NCBI GenBank assembly: GCA_002633005.1
Contig: NMRA01000284.1
Span: 454,978 to 518,977 of the forward strand
From: Phoronis australis
Lineage: Eukaryota > Animalia > Phoronida
Direction of reading: 5' to 3'
Length of the DNA: 64,000 bases
A program made the translations under genes and the position numbers. Position 1 is the stretch's first letter, and every line of letters starts with the position of its first letter. Below are positions 33,714-47,448 of this stretch, one piece after another. Below the pieces are notes generated by a model, which searched no databases, was not told where the DNA came from, and worked only from the letters and a program-made list of their open reading frames with translations.

Positions 33714-36700
33714 AACTTGTTTGTGGTGTACTCTGTTAGCCATTGACCTTTTTACACATAGCGAGAGACATGTTCACAAAGGATTGTGGGACAATGCTGA
33801 GCAGCGCTGACTGCAGACGTAGATAAACGATCTGGATAGAGATCACTTTATTTTAGCTGCCAGATGTTCAGTTTGTCATACATATGAGGTAATAGCTAGC
33901 ATCTATCCCAAATCAACCGGCAGTTTACCGAGCAGATGATCGCACACAGAGTTTTGCTGTCTGTAAAAAGGTCAATTTTCAACTAGAGGTTGGTGTTTTG
34001 TCTCGAAGATTTTTCACCTCTGGAATTCCTGTACCCTTTGTTTCTTTCTCCCCTCCGGATTGTTTCAGCATATTAGTTTGTTGAAATAGAAATGCTGTTC
34101 AACTGATATAGGGATTGTTTGATATTTTTATGGACTTAATGGTGCTGTATCTGATTGAAACCTTGATCATGAAAAGTTGACAGTGCGCCACCTGGTGCGC
34201 ATATGCTGAACTGTGTGTCAAATTCACAATCTGGAAACCGGATTCAAACAATGACTGTGTTTGACATGAAAACTGCAAACATTAAAGAAAGCGATAATAT
34301 CCTGCAGATTTGATTTAGATGTTAGTGTACGGTAAGTCAGTAATGTTACCCTCTTGATAAAGAATTGAAATTCATGGCTAGGGTAACAGTTGAGTCTTCA
34401 CAGTGTGAGTGGATGTGTCCAGAGATTTCTGTTTATTTTAACAAATATGAAATAGAAATGCGATCCCGTGGAAACAAAATTGTTTGATAATGGATTCTGT
34501 CTGCAGTATGTGCTTTAGGCTACTGGACAAAGAAATTTCTTTGAACAGCTTTTCCCAAGTCTGGGAATCATGATTTTTTTTCAAAAGCAAATAACACTAT
34601 TTCAAGTTCACGGGATGCCAGATCACTGTTGCAGCATCAGGTAGAAGCTTTGGTCTTGTTATCCCTGAAATCTGTGGCAGATCAAATTTGCCAACTCTTT
34701 TAACTCGTTTCCAGTCTCTTGGCCGGCTTTGGTCCTTCACTCACCATGACTAAAGTACCCGGTATGCTTAATTTTTAACAAATTAAAATACTCTGTTAAA
34801 ATCAAGACCGACAAAAGATTTCAACTTGAGACCAGAACACCCCAGGTAGTAAACAAATTTTAAAAATAAATTACATATTCAAGGTTTAATGAGGTACAGC
34901 ACCGTTAAACGATGTACCCTTCATAGTGTATTTACTATTTATCAGAACACTTTGATCACTGTCAAAATCATTTTTTTGTATTAGTTACCCCGTCTATGTG
35001 GTAGATTCATTGTGACCTCAGGTATCTGGGGGAAAACGGATTTCTGGCATCTCGTTTTTAGTTAAATATTTAATTTTATGCCATTTCATGCCAGATTTAG
35101 CACGCATTTGTTGCAATTACATTGATTTTGTGTTAATATTGGTTATTATAAATAGAACTTGTGAAATTTGATGCAATACATTTTTGGTGAGCTTGCCTGG
35201 ATTATACTGATGATAATTCGTGGATGAAGAGACATGTTGGTTGGTATGGAAACTGATTTGTTTTACACTGGATAACACCACGCTGTAACACCATGCTATT
35301 ATTTCATGTACAAAAGAACAAAAACACATTCACACACATACATGCAAGGACACCGTCAAAATGTAGAAATATTTCCTTATACGTACATTTGGTTTATACA
35401 TTAAAATTCTGCCATTCTTCAGAGAAGCTTTGTTTAAATTAATGTTATATACATTCAAATATATCCCATGGAAAATGTATTTTATATCAGCTTATGTATC
35501 CCAGCCCTGGAGTTCCACATTAAATGCAATTTTTGAAAAGTTGATGAAATTTTCTTGTAGTTAGTGTCAAAACTCCATTTATTTTTGATTATGTAGTTTA
35601 CCTGACTTACCGAAATTTCTTGGTTTTCACTTTTAAAAGACGGAATTATAGTAATTAACATTGAACTCTTACTTTCCCATAAACTTCATGAGCCTTACTG
35701 TAAGCAAAATAACGAAGCAAAGATAAGTTGAAAGAAATGTTTTTTCAGAAAAAAATGCACTTCTACAGTACAGTTTGTGCTCAGAAGGGTTTCCAGAAGG
35801 CTTTCCCATATCGGTCATTAAATTTCATAACTACATGTCTTGCCCAAATCCTTGAAATGAAGGATTTGTAGTAACAACTAATCTAGTTTACAAAATTTAA
35901 TTTATTAACAATTTAGTTTTACATAAAAACATCATTCATCAGAGCACTTTAAAATCTTGTCTTAAAATTACAGCATAACAAATGCAGGCAAACTAAAATA
36001 CAGATATTCATGCATAAAATTTTTCCTATAAGGAAAAACATTTCGAAATTGCGATAACATTGACTTCCATCCATTACAACACTTTTTTAAATGTCAATGT
36101 ACATATAAAACGAATGAAAGATTTAATGTAAGACATTTTGAGATGACCCAAGAAACTGGAAGGCAGAGATTCACAAATAACTCGCAAATCTGAATTCACC
36201 GCGAGCAAGTACATTATGTTAAAAGGCAAACTTTTATCCAGTTCAAATTAATACCTATAACAGCGAATATCTCGCACATGTCACCATGGCATGGTACAAC
36301 CCACCTTTCAACAAATGGTTACAGGGTGGGCTAAACATTTTTGCAAAAGCTGTACTTTATCCGTTTCAGTGATGATGCACAATTCCACTGGGCAACTGGG
36401 GCTAACCGCAAGAGCACATGATCTGTGAAAATAAGGTGTGCCACTGATGGCAGAGGAACCATTGGGCAACATTATTTAACCTCATTAACTATTGAATTGT
36501 ACTTAGAAAAAGTGGCAAAATAAGGAGCTATAGGTATCGAACAACAATTTCATGTTTCTGTGGCATGTTTTTGAAAAAAATTGAAACTCCTGAAACGGAA
36601 CAAAAAAGTGCATAATCAGAATGCATTTTTTGTCCCACACCATAACCAGTTGAACAGCCATGCAGGAAGCTGTGCACTGAAGCACCTGGAAGACACAAAA

Positions 36701-36731
36701 ATCCAGCAGCTCGATTAGAGGTGGCGCCACG

Positions 36732-36866
36732 TCATCCCATTCCACCATGTCGACCGCGTATCCGACGTGCCAACTGAATGTCCTTGACCATTAAGGTCAC
36801 GCGTTTGGCGTGCAACGTACACAGATAAGCGTCCTCGAATAAATGTGTAAGAAAAGACTCAGCAGC
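36732..36866 (-). CDS. CENPA: CENP-A exon 4 ([15 protein letters not shown]...GMG*)
   Basis: catttcag|GCTGCT...GGATGA. Confidence 0.95.
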   Translation of the reverse strand, partial: AAESFLTHLFEDAYLCTLHAKRVTLMVKDIQLARRIRGRHGGMG

Positions 36867-39800
36867 CTGAAATGAAAGTAACAGGATTACTCAGTAGGGG
36901 TCGCATGCGTCTGAAACAAAAGTATGTATAGCAGTGTCATTACTTTGATGTCTTGTCAGGGCTCCTGATTCAGTAGTTGAAAAGTGTTTTAACCATGTCT
37001 TACATCAAAAATGAACTTTTGATTTATGACGAGCAGTTAGAAAATTGGTTCCAACTTGTTCCTGAAATATTCACTGCTACTCGATCACTGCATATCACTC
37101 TGCTTGGCAGGCTAAGCACGAAAATAGAATTAGAGTGTCAACTCTCCTAGATTTGGTCTCACAGAGTCATCCTTACCAGTACCAACAAGAAATCGAACCC
37201 ATCATCAACAGTGACATCTAAACATTGCTTGTGACTAAACTTGAAATAAAATGTTATCCTTGTAAGAATCGAGAGACATATTTTCAGAGAGGCCTAATTC
37301 GATTTTTATTCTTTAGCCAGCTACACAGGGCGAAATGCAGCTTTATAGAGGAAGGAAACAATGTTTGGTGTTTCATTCACTGGAGATTTTTTTCCGTCCC
37401 TTGACATGTAGATAACATCCAGGCTACTATAGGAAGTGACGAAAAAGGCCTGCATCTTGGTTCAGCACTCATGTTTATTCGACAAACAGGAATGGCCCAT
37501 AAGTTCCCCAAATCTACTGCGTATTTGTGGACTTGTGAAAATGGCAGTTACCTTTAATGCTGTTTGATTTTCATTACTAAGTCAGTTTCGGTTTTGATAC
37601 AAATCGAGAGTGAAATGATAGACAAGCATTACATCAGCGAGTGAAGAAAAACACAAATACGCAAAAAAATTTGGGATCTTAGTCGAGACCTTATTCGGGA
37701 CAGTTTTAAACAACCGGGCACAGGGATTTAGAAAAGGAAACGTCAAAAATAGTTGCTTTCCCCATAAGTCTGTGAGACCAGAATAGTGAGCTTTGCCAAC
37801 CATTGGATTGCTTTGCAGCAAGTTCAACAACTTCATACAATTGCTAAATTGACGAGAGCATTACCATTGCGACTTGAATTGGCCTGCCCGGAACTATTAA
37901 GAATATATTTGATGGTGTAATGTATGAGATCATGATGGTAAAAAAATATCTGTATCACATTTAATTTTGCTACCATAACTATCCAAACTCTGGCATCAGC
38001 AACTAAAGTATTTGGTTTCGCTTGAAACTTTTAATTATAATCCGATGCTCTAAATTCTGTCCATTTTCTATTACAGCAAACAATGAGTGACCTTAACGCC
38101 CCTTACCTCCCCTAGCAGGTACTAACCTCCTGTAGCGCCATGATGGCCAACGACTGCCAGTTAAGTTGATTTAGTCTACAGAACTGCATGGCTATGTCTC
38201 TAACCTACAGCGAACAAAACAACGTCACATAAAAGTTAAAGCTCCGGGATTTTCTTTACACACTGATATTAGGATCATTAGGATATGGATTATCAACTGT
38301 GACTAAATGGACATTGAAATAATATAAACTAACTGAACAGCATCGGCAGACGAAACTTGCCCATGACTACACGAGTGTTTTACACTATAGAAAGTTCAAA
38401 CTCGACAGGAAGTACAAAACTCATGCGTCTGCTTGAAAGTCCATGTCGACACTGAAGGGAAATTATGAGTTAAGCCTAGGTATACATGCACTGAACTGCT
38501 GACAAAAGTACAAAATGTCTTAATTTGTTTCAGAAATAACTAATCGCCCAAAAGTTAAAGGTTTTTCAAAGTTGACACAAGTAAGCCAACCTTGTGTCAA
38601 TAGAGGGAATTGTTGCATCAAAGCAGGTGATTGGGACGTCTCCTGGAATTTACGGTACATACCACACGGGCAAACGGTAGTTTCCTGATTAAAAGATCGG
38701 TGGACATTTGATATTTCCTAATCTCCTGCAGAGCTCTGACACCAGGCCTAAACTTTCTCTTTCCTGCAAACAGACACAATTCATATACTGGTACACATGT
38801 ACTTCACAGACTATGATTCTAATTCTTAACATCTTAAAACATTTACAGTAAGAAAATCCGAAGAATGTCACGAGTAGAGTGCTCGTTATTTTGGCTTCAG
38901 ATGTGAACAAGGTCAGGATTTGTCTCTGTGAAAGAAGAACGGTACCCTTGAAAAATCGTTGTAGCATACTACGACAGACTGAGGTCTAATTTAGTCCTGG
39001 TAAGTGCCAATTTCAACAACTGTTTTCAATACACTGTAGAAGAGGCTAACAATACGATGTCCTCACCAACCACTCACGACGACCGTAAATTCTCTTAGAC
39101 ACAAAATTGATTAGGTTTCATTCCGTAGACACAAAAAGCTTGCGAAAAACCAATTTACGCAGCACTTTTGGATACCTATCGCCACACATGATGAAGGGAA
39201 GCATGCAATCACACTAGCTTCCTTGGCCATGGCCAGTTTTCACATTTGAAAGTGTACCTCATTATTGCTGAGTCAATTCAGCGAAGCAAATTACAGCTGT
39301 GTGCTAAACCAAGCAGTGGGTGCTTAGCTGAATAGGGCCTGTTAAGTACAGGGGGAATGGTCAGCCGGACAAGCAGAGGTACAGGGGGAATGGTNACAAG
39401 CAGCAGTACAGGGGGAATGGTCAGCCGGACAAGCAGCGGTACAGGGAGAATGGTCAGCCGGACAAGCAGCGGTACAGGGGGAATGGTCAGCCGGACAAGC
39501 AGCGAACAATAATAAAGGGTGCACATTTACAAAACGTTTTGGGTATTCACGCACATCCGACACGTTAGGGTTTTCAGTTGAGGAGAATTGTGTTGACTCA
39601 TTTTTTCCATACATGGCACGTTTCAATGCCAATGAAGCAAATGTTAGGGGTCACGTGACAATTTGTGACTGACCCATTGGTATGTCATGTGCATATTCAG
39701 TGCCTAGGGAGCAGAATTCCACACTAAGTCAAGTATTTATCAGAGGCTTTCATTTTGTGCAAAACAAGATATTGAATACATAAACAACATTTGACAAGAT

Positions 39801-42160
39801 TTTTGCTCGTGAAATTTGTCCTACAGGATCCTCGTGCATCAATACGTCAATCAACCTATGTCTAACGGAAGTTTTTTGACAGAACTTTTTCAATCATTCC
39901 TAGAAATGAAATTTGTTTGCACTTTGGTTTCTCTACGTAACTTTGTATATATTGGCTTTTTATTGGTAATAGTTGTATCCAAGTCCTGATTAGAGAACCA
40001 GTTACTCCCACTGAATAACGCCCATTATTCAGTGGTAGAAATTGGCCCGCGATTGTAAAGTTGCTTGCTTTTTTACCCACATCGGCGCAAAGCTGTATAA
40101 TTAGTATACAGCTTTGTACCAAGGCTAAGTTGCAGGTAGCTAACTAGGCAAAACCACAGGCGTCCTCAGCTTCTTTTCGTCCCCAATACACTATATGATA
40201 CTACAAGGTATGACACTCCAGACTAGAAATTCCACAGGTGCTTCACTTCAGCTGTCCATAGCAAACATAAAACTCAATAAATTTTCACAAAACAGGTTCA
40301 ACAAACCATGAGAAACTGTTCTTTCTCCCAATACAATTTACGGTGTCTTGTTCCACCGAGTTTGTAAGAAATTCGTGGTTAAAGCACAAAAATCTTCCCA
40401 AAAAGCCTGTGTGAAGCAACTCCTGTGTCCCATGCAAGTCGGTTCAAGGTCAAGGACGTTAGGGAATTATCCGATGAGTTACGGATGAACGGCAATTGCT
40501 GATTTGTCATGGAAGTTTATATGAAATGGTCTGGCTAAGTGTGGAGTTATCGAAGTCGTGATATTCCGTGACAAATCGGCAATTTCGGTGGAACACAATG
40601 AAAAGTATGTCGCCGTTTTGAAAACAGTACGCCCATGTCACGTGCACCCGCCATTTCCAAAATTTTTGCGACATCTCTCGGGAGATGATGATAGCTTGGC
40701 AGCAGCAAAATTTCATCTGAAATTCGGTTTTTCGGTACCAAAATTTTAAAAACTTATAATGAAAAGAAGCCAGTTTTGATAATTTGTTGTGAGGTGTACA
40801 CAACCTTGTGAAAGAAGAACAGTTGATTGAAGAATTGGCAAAAAAGAAACTGGCCAATAGGCGACGCAATATTTCATGGCACCGAAAGCCGTCGCTAAAG
40901 ATCGCTCCACAACTTTAGCAACAGAATAACGGTAGAACACTAGTTTTTCCAACACCGTTAAATAATTTGGTAATTGTTTACAATATGACGACATTGACTT
41001 ACACACATGGTTTCGGCATCGTTCAATTCCTTGCAACGTTATCTTTCAAAAATACATAGAAATTTTTCCTACCCCGTTCCCTAAAGTTTTTTATTGTGAA
41101 ATTTCTGGTCGCACTATTTCCCGGTATGCTGAATGGAAGGAGCCACCTGGCGGTCAAAAACTGAACTAATCAACAGACTTCTGCAGATCGTCGCTTTTCA
41201 TAAGGTCGAATTGACCAGGACCCGTCTATCCCCTGCCCGAATTATGTTCCCAAGGGTTAGAATGCGATCCAGTGGTGACCCTTGTACGCATGTAGCTACT
41301 GGCAAGAATCCGCAAAAAAGCGGAGGTTGTTTTTGAGGTCGACATCGTTGAAAAGGGTATCACGTCAAACAATTTTGTGGAAAAATGGTTTGAATGGTCA
41401 CAATTACAAAAACATTAGAAAAGGTGAAATGCTGCTACTTGTTCCTCCATATTATGTCAGGAAAACTTTAGCGGGAATCTCGCGGGCGATGATACTGTTT
41501 CATTCATTAACAATGGGTGTCGCTGTAATCTTGAGTTGAGCTAACATGGTGGTGTTAACCAGAAAATAGTGCGAACCTAAATTAAGCGATAAAATACGGA
41601 GAAAATGAGGTAGGGGATACATTCATATATTTTGGAAAGATAACGTTGCAACGTACATATCGAATGATACCAAAATCATGTGTGTAGGTCAATGTCGTCA
41701 ATATTTAAAACAATTACCAATAATTCAATTCACTCAAGGAAGAATGCAGTTTTTAATGACAATTATTTTGTGTCACATTTCATCTTGCCACTTTTTTACC
41801 CATATCGGTGCAAAGGTATTTGTATATTTAGATTTTAGTACACAAGTCACAGGACGCCTGTGCCTGCGACTGCTTGTATGTGGAAGCGATGCGCGTTGTA
41901 GTATTGCTGCAGCAGTTTATTAAAAATTAGTAGCTGTGACCAATGAATCAACCTACGAGAAAAAGGACTGGCGATTAACGGCATGATTACGTACCCCGCC
42001 TTAACTCCTCGGTAGGCTTGGGTTGTTTGCCTCCCGCCACTCTGTATCGATTTGGAGACTTTTTGGAAGAGGAGGTTGACGATTTGCTCGGCGACTTTCC
42101 ATCATATCGCGATGGGGTCTTGCCTTTCCGCCGATCCGCATGGCTCACAGGCTTAACCAT
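36732..42160 (-). CDS. CENPA: Centromeric histone H3 variant CENP-A, 159 aa, 4 exons
   Basis: Exons 42160-41995, 38763-38663, 38204-38127, 36866-36732: [18 protein letters not shown]...[104 protein letters not shown]. CenH3 diagnostics: non-H3 tail, FARV for FQRL, W for F84, A for T107, loop 1 longer by 2 aa. Confidence 0.95.
38127..38204 (-). CDS. CENPA: CENP-A exon 3 (VRDIAMQF...ALQE)
   Basis: ctgtag|GTT...GAG|gttagt. Confidence 0.93.
38663..38763 (-). CDS. CENPA: CENP-A exon 2 (GKRKFRPG...PFARV)
   Basis: tttgcag|GA...GTG|gtatgt. Confidence 0.93.
39346..39504. repeat. 33-bp minisatellite, about 5 copies, N at 39395
   Basis: Unit gtacagggggaatggtcagccggacaagcagcg. Confidence 0.92.
40960..41725. 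mobile_element. Foldback/MITE-like element with ~165-bp degenerate inverted arms in CENP-A intron 1
   Basis: 40960-41123 (tggtaattgttt...gacgacattgacttacacacatg...ttgcaacgttatctttc...tcgcactattt) is mirrored at 41560-41725. Confidence 0.7.
41995..42160 (-). CDS. CENPA: CENP-A exon 1 (N-terminal tail)
   Basis: ATGGTTAAG...CGGG|gtacgt; phase 1 fits exon 2; basic, Ser-rich tail. Confidence 0.82.
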
Positions 42161-42249
42161 GATTTATCACAGCATTTCTTCAGGGTCAAACTTCACACCA
42201 GACGCCAGTATTCGAACAAAATTTCAATTTTGATGACGACGGAAACAGA

Positions 42250-42432
42250 TGAAACTCCCGCAAAACCGACGCCGAACATCTATGAGATCTCGCATTTGAT
42301 TGGCTAGCTACACACGTTGCCGGGCGTGCGTTCAGTAGACGCTAGGACCTACGCTAGGACTAGCTAAAACCTAGTCAAAGTCACGTGTTTCTATTTAAAA
42401 TACATGGCAATATCTCACGCAATCTCGCGAAG
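42250..42432 (-). promoter_or_regulatory. Putative CENP-A promoter
   Basis: E2F-like TTTGCGGGAG, CCAAT box (gattgg at ~42298), TCTCGCGA-like motifs upstream of the ATG. Confidence 0.4.
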
Positions 42433-43001
42433 TCTTGCTTTTTAGCGAGGTCCTGGCGTTATTGAACGGGAGGCTGGTTCCAAGGACAGGGAACCACCTG
42501 ATGCTGGCGCTCCCAGTGGAGGGCACAAGAACTCGTAAATCGAGTTAACTGATTTAGCCCATTAGGCATTACGGACGTTACTTAATTAAAGAGCGTCAGA
42601 CGAGTCACAGATAGCAAAGCGTTCAAGCAATTTTAAACCTCAGTCGTTCGTATTGCAAACGGTACTGCATGCGTTCACCCCATAGACCGGCTCGAATTTT
42701 TCAGTATCATATACCTTCATTTAAAAAACAAACGGGTACTCATGAAAAAAGGATTACGTTCAGACTTCTGCAGTGGCGGATCTAGGATATCACAACGGGG
42801 GGCAACATTTTGTCCGGCTGTAAGCATTTGCGCAAACCACGATTGTAGATGCGTTTAGCAAAGAATGGGGATTTTTCATTTTTTTCCTCTAAAAATCAAG
42901 CATTTTCCTTGATTCCTGAAGTATTATACAAGTAAAAAGCATAAAAAAAAGAAAAAAAAACAACAACAAAAACACGCAGTACGTGTCAGACAGGAAAAAC
43001 T

Positions 43002-43071
43002 GCGTGTTCCACAAACTCGAACTCACGACCTAGCGGATAGAACGCGCGTGCTTTACCACTACACCACCACG
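43002..43071 (-). pseudogene. tRNA-derived sequence (SINE head or pseudo-tRNA)
   Basis: Minus strand has A-box TGGTGTAGTGG and B-box GAGTTCGAG; stems are broken. Confidence 0.55.
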
Positions 43072-45585
43072 ATTTAACAGCTAATATTATTCTAAGAAAC
43101 CTACTTGTTTACGGTCCACAGCGTTTGCGCGCGAAACCTACTTCTTTTTGTAAAGCGTATTACACGTTTTATATTTTGTGCAATCGGTTCTTAACAAATT
43201 TGTTGTATTTAAAATAGACTTCAAATGCCCAAAAGACCAAATCCGTTTTTCGTGTTGGCAATAGTGACGGGATTGCTTTGGAAATCGTCTTCACGGTTAA
43301 GGTTTGACAAAGAGAGAATTATGAGTTTCTGAGTGATTCACTAAGGCTTCGATTAAAATTCACATCTTACCAGCAGCTTCTGTTTTTTCATCGTCACTCA
43401 GGTTCCATTTTCTTTAAAAAATGAAGTAAATTTTCTGCATTGCACAGTGGAGCAGACGACGGAAACGGAGTCGTAGTGCGCAGCGCCACTGCCGGTCGCC
43501 TGGGATATCGCGGCAGAGCCTATACTTAGTCATAGTTCCGTTACGAATGCGCCGTGTTCCGAATTTGACACTTGAAATTGGAATCCTGGCAGTAGGAGGT
43601 GGGAATGATGCCGGGGGGAAACCTAGGAGGTGGGCATGCTGCGCACAATGCTGCTAAGACACATGAGCCCGTGATCAATTACACACTTCGTATTAGAAAT
43701 TTGTAGGCTATAGACCTAAGCTGTGCTCTAGGCAGGGTAACTGATTTTTACTGTGATAAACGTATCGGGCATTACGCGATAGATCCGACGCAATTCCGTA
43801 CATGTGCAAAAATGTCCAAAATAAAAATCACAGATACGAGGTGGCGTTTACATGATTTGTTTCCATGAAGTAAAAATCATGTCGATAATGACCTCTAATT
43901 CTCAAAGTAAAAAATTCAATTCCTTCTGGTAAAAACCCTATTCACCCCTACGCACTTCTCGCACCTCTACGCACCTCTATTTTCATGAAATTTGGCAAAT
44001 AGTTCTGTTTTGCAGAGATGATGCCACCTTCTCAATGCAGATGGGTTTGACTTGACATGCGGCATCTATAAACGGACGTACGTAAAATACTCATAGAAGC
44101 ACACCGTTTGCGGGGCTATCGTGGGCGCATTTCAACGCTCCACATTGATGTTGTTGACATCTGTGCTTATATCTACTTAACCTCTTGCAAGTTCACAATT
44201 TGGCACGTGTAATTCTATTTTAAACTTGGCAACACTTGGACTACTCCTCTGCTGTGCCTCCGAATGGAAATTTTTTTTTTTTCAAAAAGTGAGTTTCGCC
44301 TTTTTGTCATGATCTTTACAATCCTTTGCGGATCATTCATTTAATTTTGCCGAACGGTGTTCTTAGAGAGGAGACGACTCCTTACTTTGGACAGGTTCAA
44401 TGTATTCTGTGCCATTTATAGGCCATTTTACGATATTAAAATCACTACTGGATTGCTGTAGTGGGTGCTTTCAACACCGTGTAGCTCATGTTTACGGGGA
44501 ACAGGTTCAGTAAAACCACAGGTTTAAAGTATCGGTTCCAAGGCACCCAACAATGTCGAGCTGGGTTATAACCCAACAAAGAAACCATTGAAGTGCTTCA
44601 TTGGAACTTTGATCCTCACATGACAGTGGCGGATCTACGTTTTCAGTAAGGGGGGGGGGGTTAGGATCCAGCAAAGGTCGAATCCGAGACGCGTGGCACC
44701 GAGCGGGGGTGGGGGGGTAAACCCCCCTCCCGTGTAAGACAACTTCTTCTTTTTGTTTCGTGAAACCATATTTGTGCACATCTGAGTATGAGTCACAATA
44801 CCAGCAAAAATTTTTGTTGGAACATCTGCTTACACACACCCTTTTAGCATACGAAAAAGTGTGGTGTGTATACAGGGGCTTAGACAACTACCAAATATTC
44901 AAGAGCATAAGGAGCACCGACGGGGCGAAACAACTTGAATGTCAGATGATCGCAACAGCCTCAAGCTGGTTAAGAACGAAGACCTGTACTGTTAGTCCTG
45001 AAATAAACATGTGTTCTGTCTCGTTAGGAGAAAAACTGGCAAACGATGGTGCTCTCAGCTCATAGTCTATTATTAAAAGCGACAATAAATAATTAAGTAT
45101 CACTTTATTAAGCTGAATCACGTTGACAACAATTGAAAAACGTCAAATTTATCATGAAACAAATCATCTGAAAACAGTTTCACGAAACCAAAACATTCTT
45201 TACACCGTGGTGAAAAGATATACAGAACCAGTTCGCAGAGGGACCAGATGTACACTGAGAGTACACAAAAACTCTGGCCTGCCGTGGTCCGTCACGAGAC
45301 CAAAAGTACACCTGTGCTTATTAAAATAGTCGATCTGTCGCGGGACCAAACAGTACTGGCTGAGATAAATAGTTTTACAAAGCACGCTTTGGTAAAAAAC
45401 ATCACAAGATTAGTTCGCCGAGGGACCAGATAGTACACTGAAACTCAATAGCTACACAAATAAAGCTGGCCTGGTCCGTCGCGAGGCCTAAAGCGTACTT
45501 TGCAAAAAAAAAATTGAATTGAAAACTTCTCTCTAGACACTTTTTAATCCCCAGTGGTTGCTCATACGTGTTGTTTGCACATCTG

Positions 45586-45735
45586 GGCCCAGTTGCATAA
45601 AAGTTATACGCCGTATAGCAACAATGACGTCGCATTATCACGCGTCACGTTGTTATTGTTGAACAATGCACCTGACGTCATGCAACAATCAAACTTATCC
45701 AGCGGATAACTTTTGAAGCTTTATGCAACTCAGCC
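45586..45735. mobile_element. Harbinger-type MITE nested in the hAT element, CTG TSD
   Basis: TIRs ggcccagttgcataaa / tttatgcaactcagcc; CTG on both flanks. Confidence 0.75.
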
Positions 45736-46020
45736 CTGGTGGTCAACTGTTGCGAGAGGTTGTCTAGAAGGGTTTTTGCACCGTTCTGTAGTACTCACTC
45801 GAAGAAACAAGTATTGAGTACAGATTTAACTACTCACTACGTGAAATAGATTTTGGATATGAAGCAGATAGACTCAAGTGAAAATACAAACCAGAATCAG
45901 TTTCTGTGCGCTCGTAGACCCTCTGCTGTACTGGGTAAATTTGGCATGTCCAAAAATAGTTTCTATTTCGTTTTCATTGTACACAAGCATAAAAAACGAC
46001 ATTATTACAAACTTGTACAA

Positions 46021-47170
46021 TTATAACTTATTACTGGGTGTTTCTCCAGGAACGTTGGTCCTATCTTTCTGTTGTCTAGACTGTCGAGGAATCTGTACAT
46101 CGGATCCAATGGGTTGCTCCTCTTGGAACCATTCTACCCAGACATCTTCGACATTTGTTCCCAACACTTGCACTTCGTCAACTGCTGTGTCAATGAGCTT
46201 GTTTGCCTCTACAAAGTCAGCATCTCGTTTCGCAGCTCAGTTGGCACTAAGCCCCCTGAGGTTACCAAGTCCATTCAAAAGACTTACAGCATGCGCAACT
46301 AAATTTGGTCCGTTCATCATGGACTACTTCAAACCTTGACGATGTATCCCAGGACCCATTTGCATCTCTTGCAATTTTCGAAATAAACGTCCCAATGTCT
46401 GAACGCTTGAAACCCGAAGTACTAACTTCAAATAAATGCCGATGGGCATGGGCGTTTCGTCGGGTGGGCCTTTCTGCGGAAATTCCCAGTATAGAAAACG
46501 GCAGTGGTGCTTATTGCAGGTAGAAAGACGGTAGGTGTTAAGATCGGCACTAGGGCTCCTCAGGAGGCCTATTGAACATCGCACGAGTCCCGCAAGACTT
46601 TGTTGTGAAAATACAGCCTCCCCGCAATTTTTGGTACTGTACACTCACGGTTCGCGAATGGGGTCACTTTGTCAATGTGAGTGCCCCCTTGGTCATTCCT
46701 TGTATAAACCTAACTTGTTACAGTGCATCTTCAAACATACTCGTGGCCAGACCACGGCGCCTGCCACAATAGCAATACTTCGGAAAACGAGTTCTTTTTC
46801 AAAAGTATTACATGTACATGTACACTGTGTGATATTGCGCAAGACAACTTTACTATACACCAGTCAAATTCGAGTTACAAACGTGTGGGGTGTAATAGGA
46901 TGACACGGCATGACAGATGAGGTAAAAACGTTGCACGTCAATTCGCCTGAATATCAGGGTTGCGGCACCACAGTATTTCCCCTAATCAAATCAAAACATA
47001 TCTTAGAGTAAAGAAATTACTCGTTACCTAAAGAAATCAGCTATAGAGCTGCTCTTTCAGTGATGGATCCATCTAAAATTCTTGGCTACTACAGAAGTGT
47101 CGACGGAATCGCGCGTACAATTGATCTCCAGGGTTTTGCCGATGAGCCACGAAGACTCGAAATGCGTTGA
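46021..47170 (-). pseudogene. hAT transposase pseudogene fragment
   Basis: Interrupted frames ...IARDANGSWDTSSR... and LRGLSAN*AAKRDADFVEANKLIDTAVDEV...WVEWFQE...IPRQSRQQKDRTNVPGETP resemble PRKRIR-like hAT transposases (PR..RQ.HR.NVP..TP). Confidence 0.75.
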
Positions 47171-47448
47171 TTTTCATAACAGCAAATGCAAAAAAATATT
47201 TTCAGAGTGAACCCCCCCTCTTTTTTTCCAAGTTGGTTTACTTGGGGTTACACACGCTGGCGGTGCCGTTTTTGTTTTGCTGGAGACGTTTTTGTTCTTC
47301 AAATTTTTAATTTTTGGGTCCTGTTCCGAGGGGGGGTTTAAACCCCCTGAACCTCCCCGTAGATCCGCCACTGCATGGGTTTCAATGATAGCACACAGCT
47401 GTAGAGAGAATGAAAGCATATATTCTTGGAGGCTTTGTCATAAATAAA

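Larger units (their letters stand above)
44624..47373 (-). mobile_element. Decayed hAT transposon (THAP12/PRKRIR-type transposase remnant)
   Basis: 16-bp perfect inverted termini CAGTGGCGGATCTACG enclosing a transposase remnant; no 8-bp TSD visible, so the pairing of the ends is inferred. Confidence 0.65.

Noticed and set aside
39278-39632. Repetitive ORFs ([11 protein letters not shown] / [11 protein letters not shown] repeats)
   Set aside because: Translations of an intronic 33-bp minisatellite.
43002-43071. tRNA-like sequence with CTA in the anticodon position (amber suppressor)
   Set aside because: Acceptor and anticodon stems do not pair; better explained as a decayed SINE head or pseudo-tRNA.
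43100-44500. Possible second Harbinger nuclease remnant on the minus strand (FIDAACQVKPIC, YFGH...MPD)
   Set aside because: Similarity is too faint to support without a profile search.
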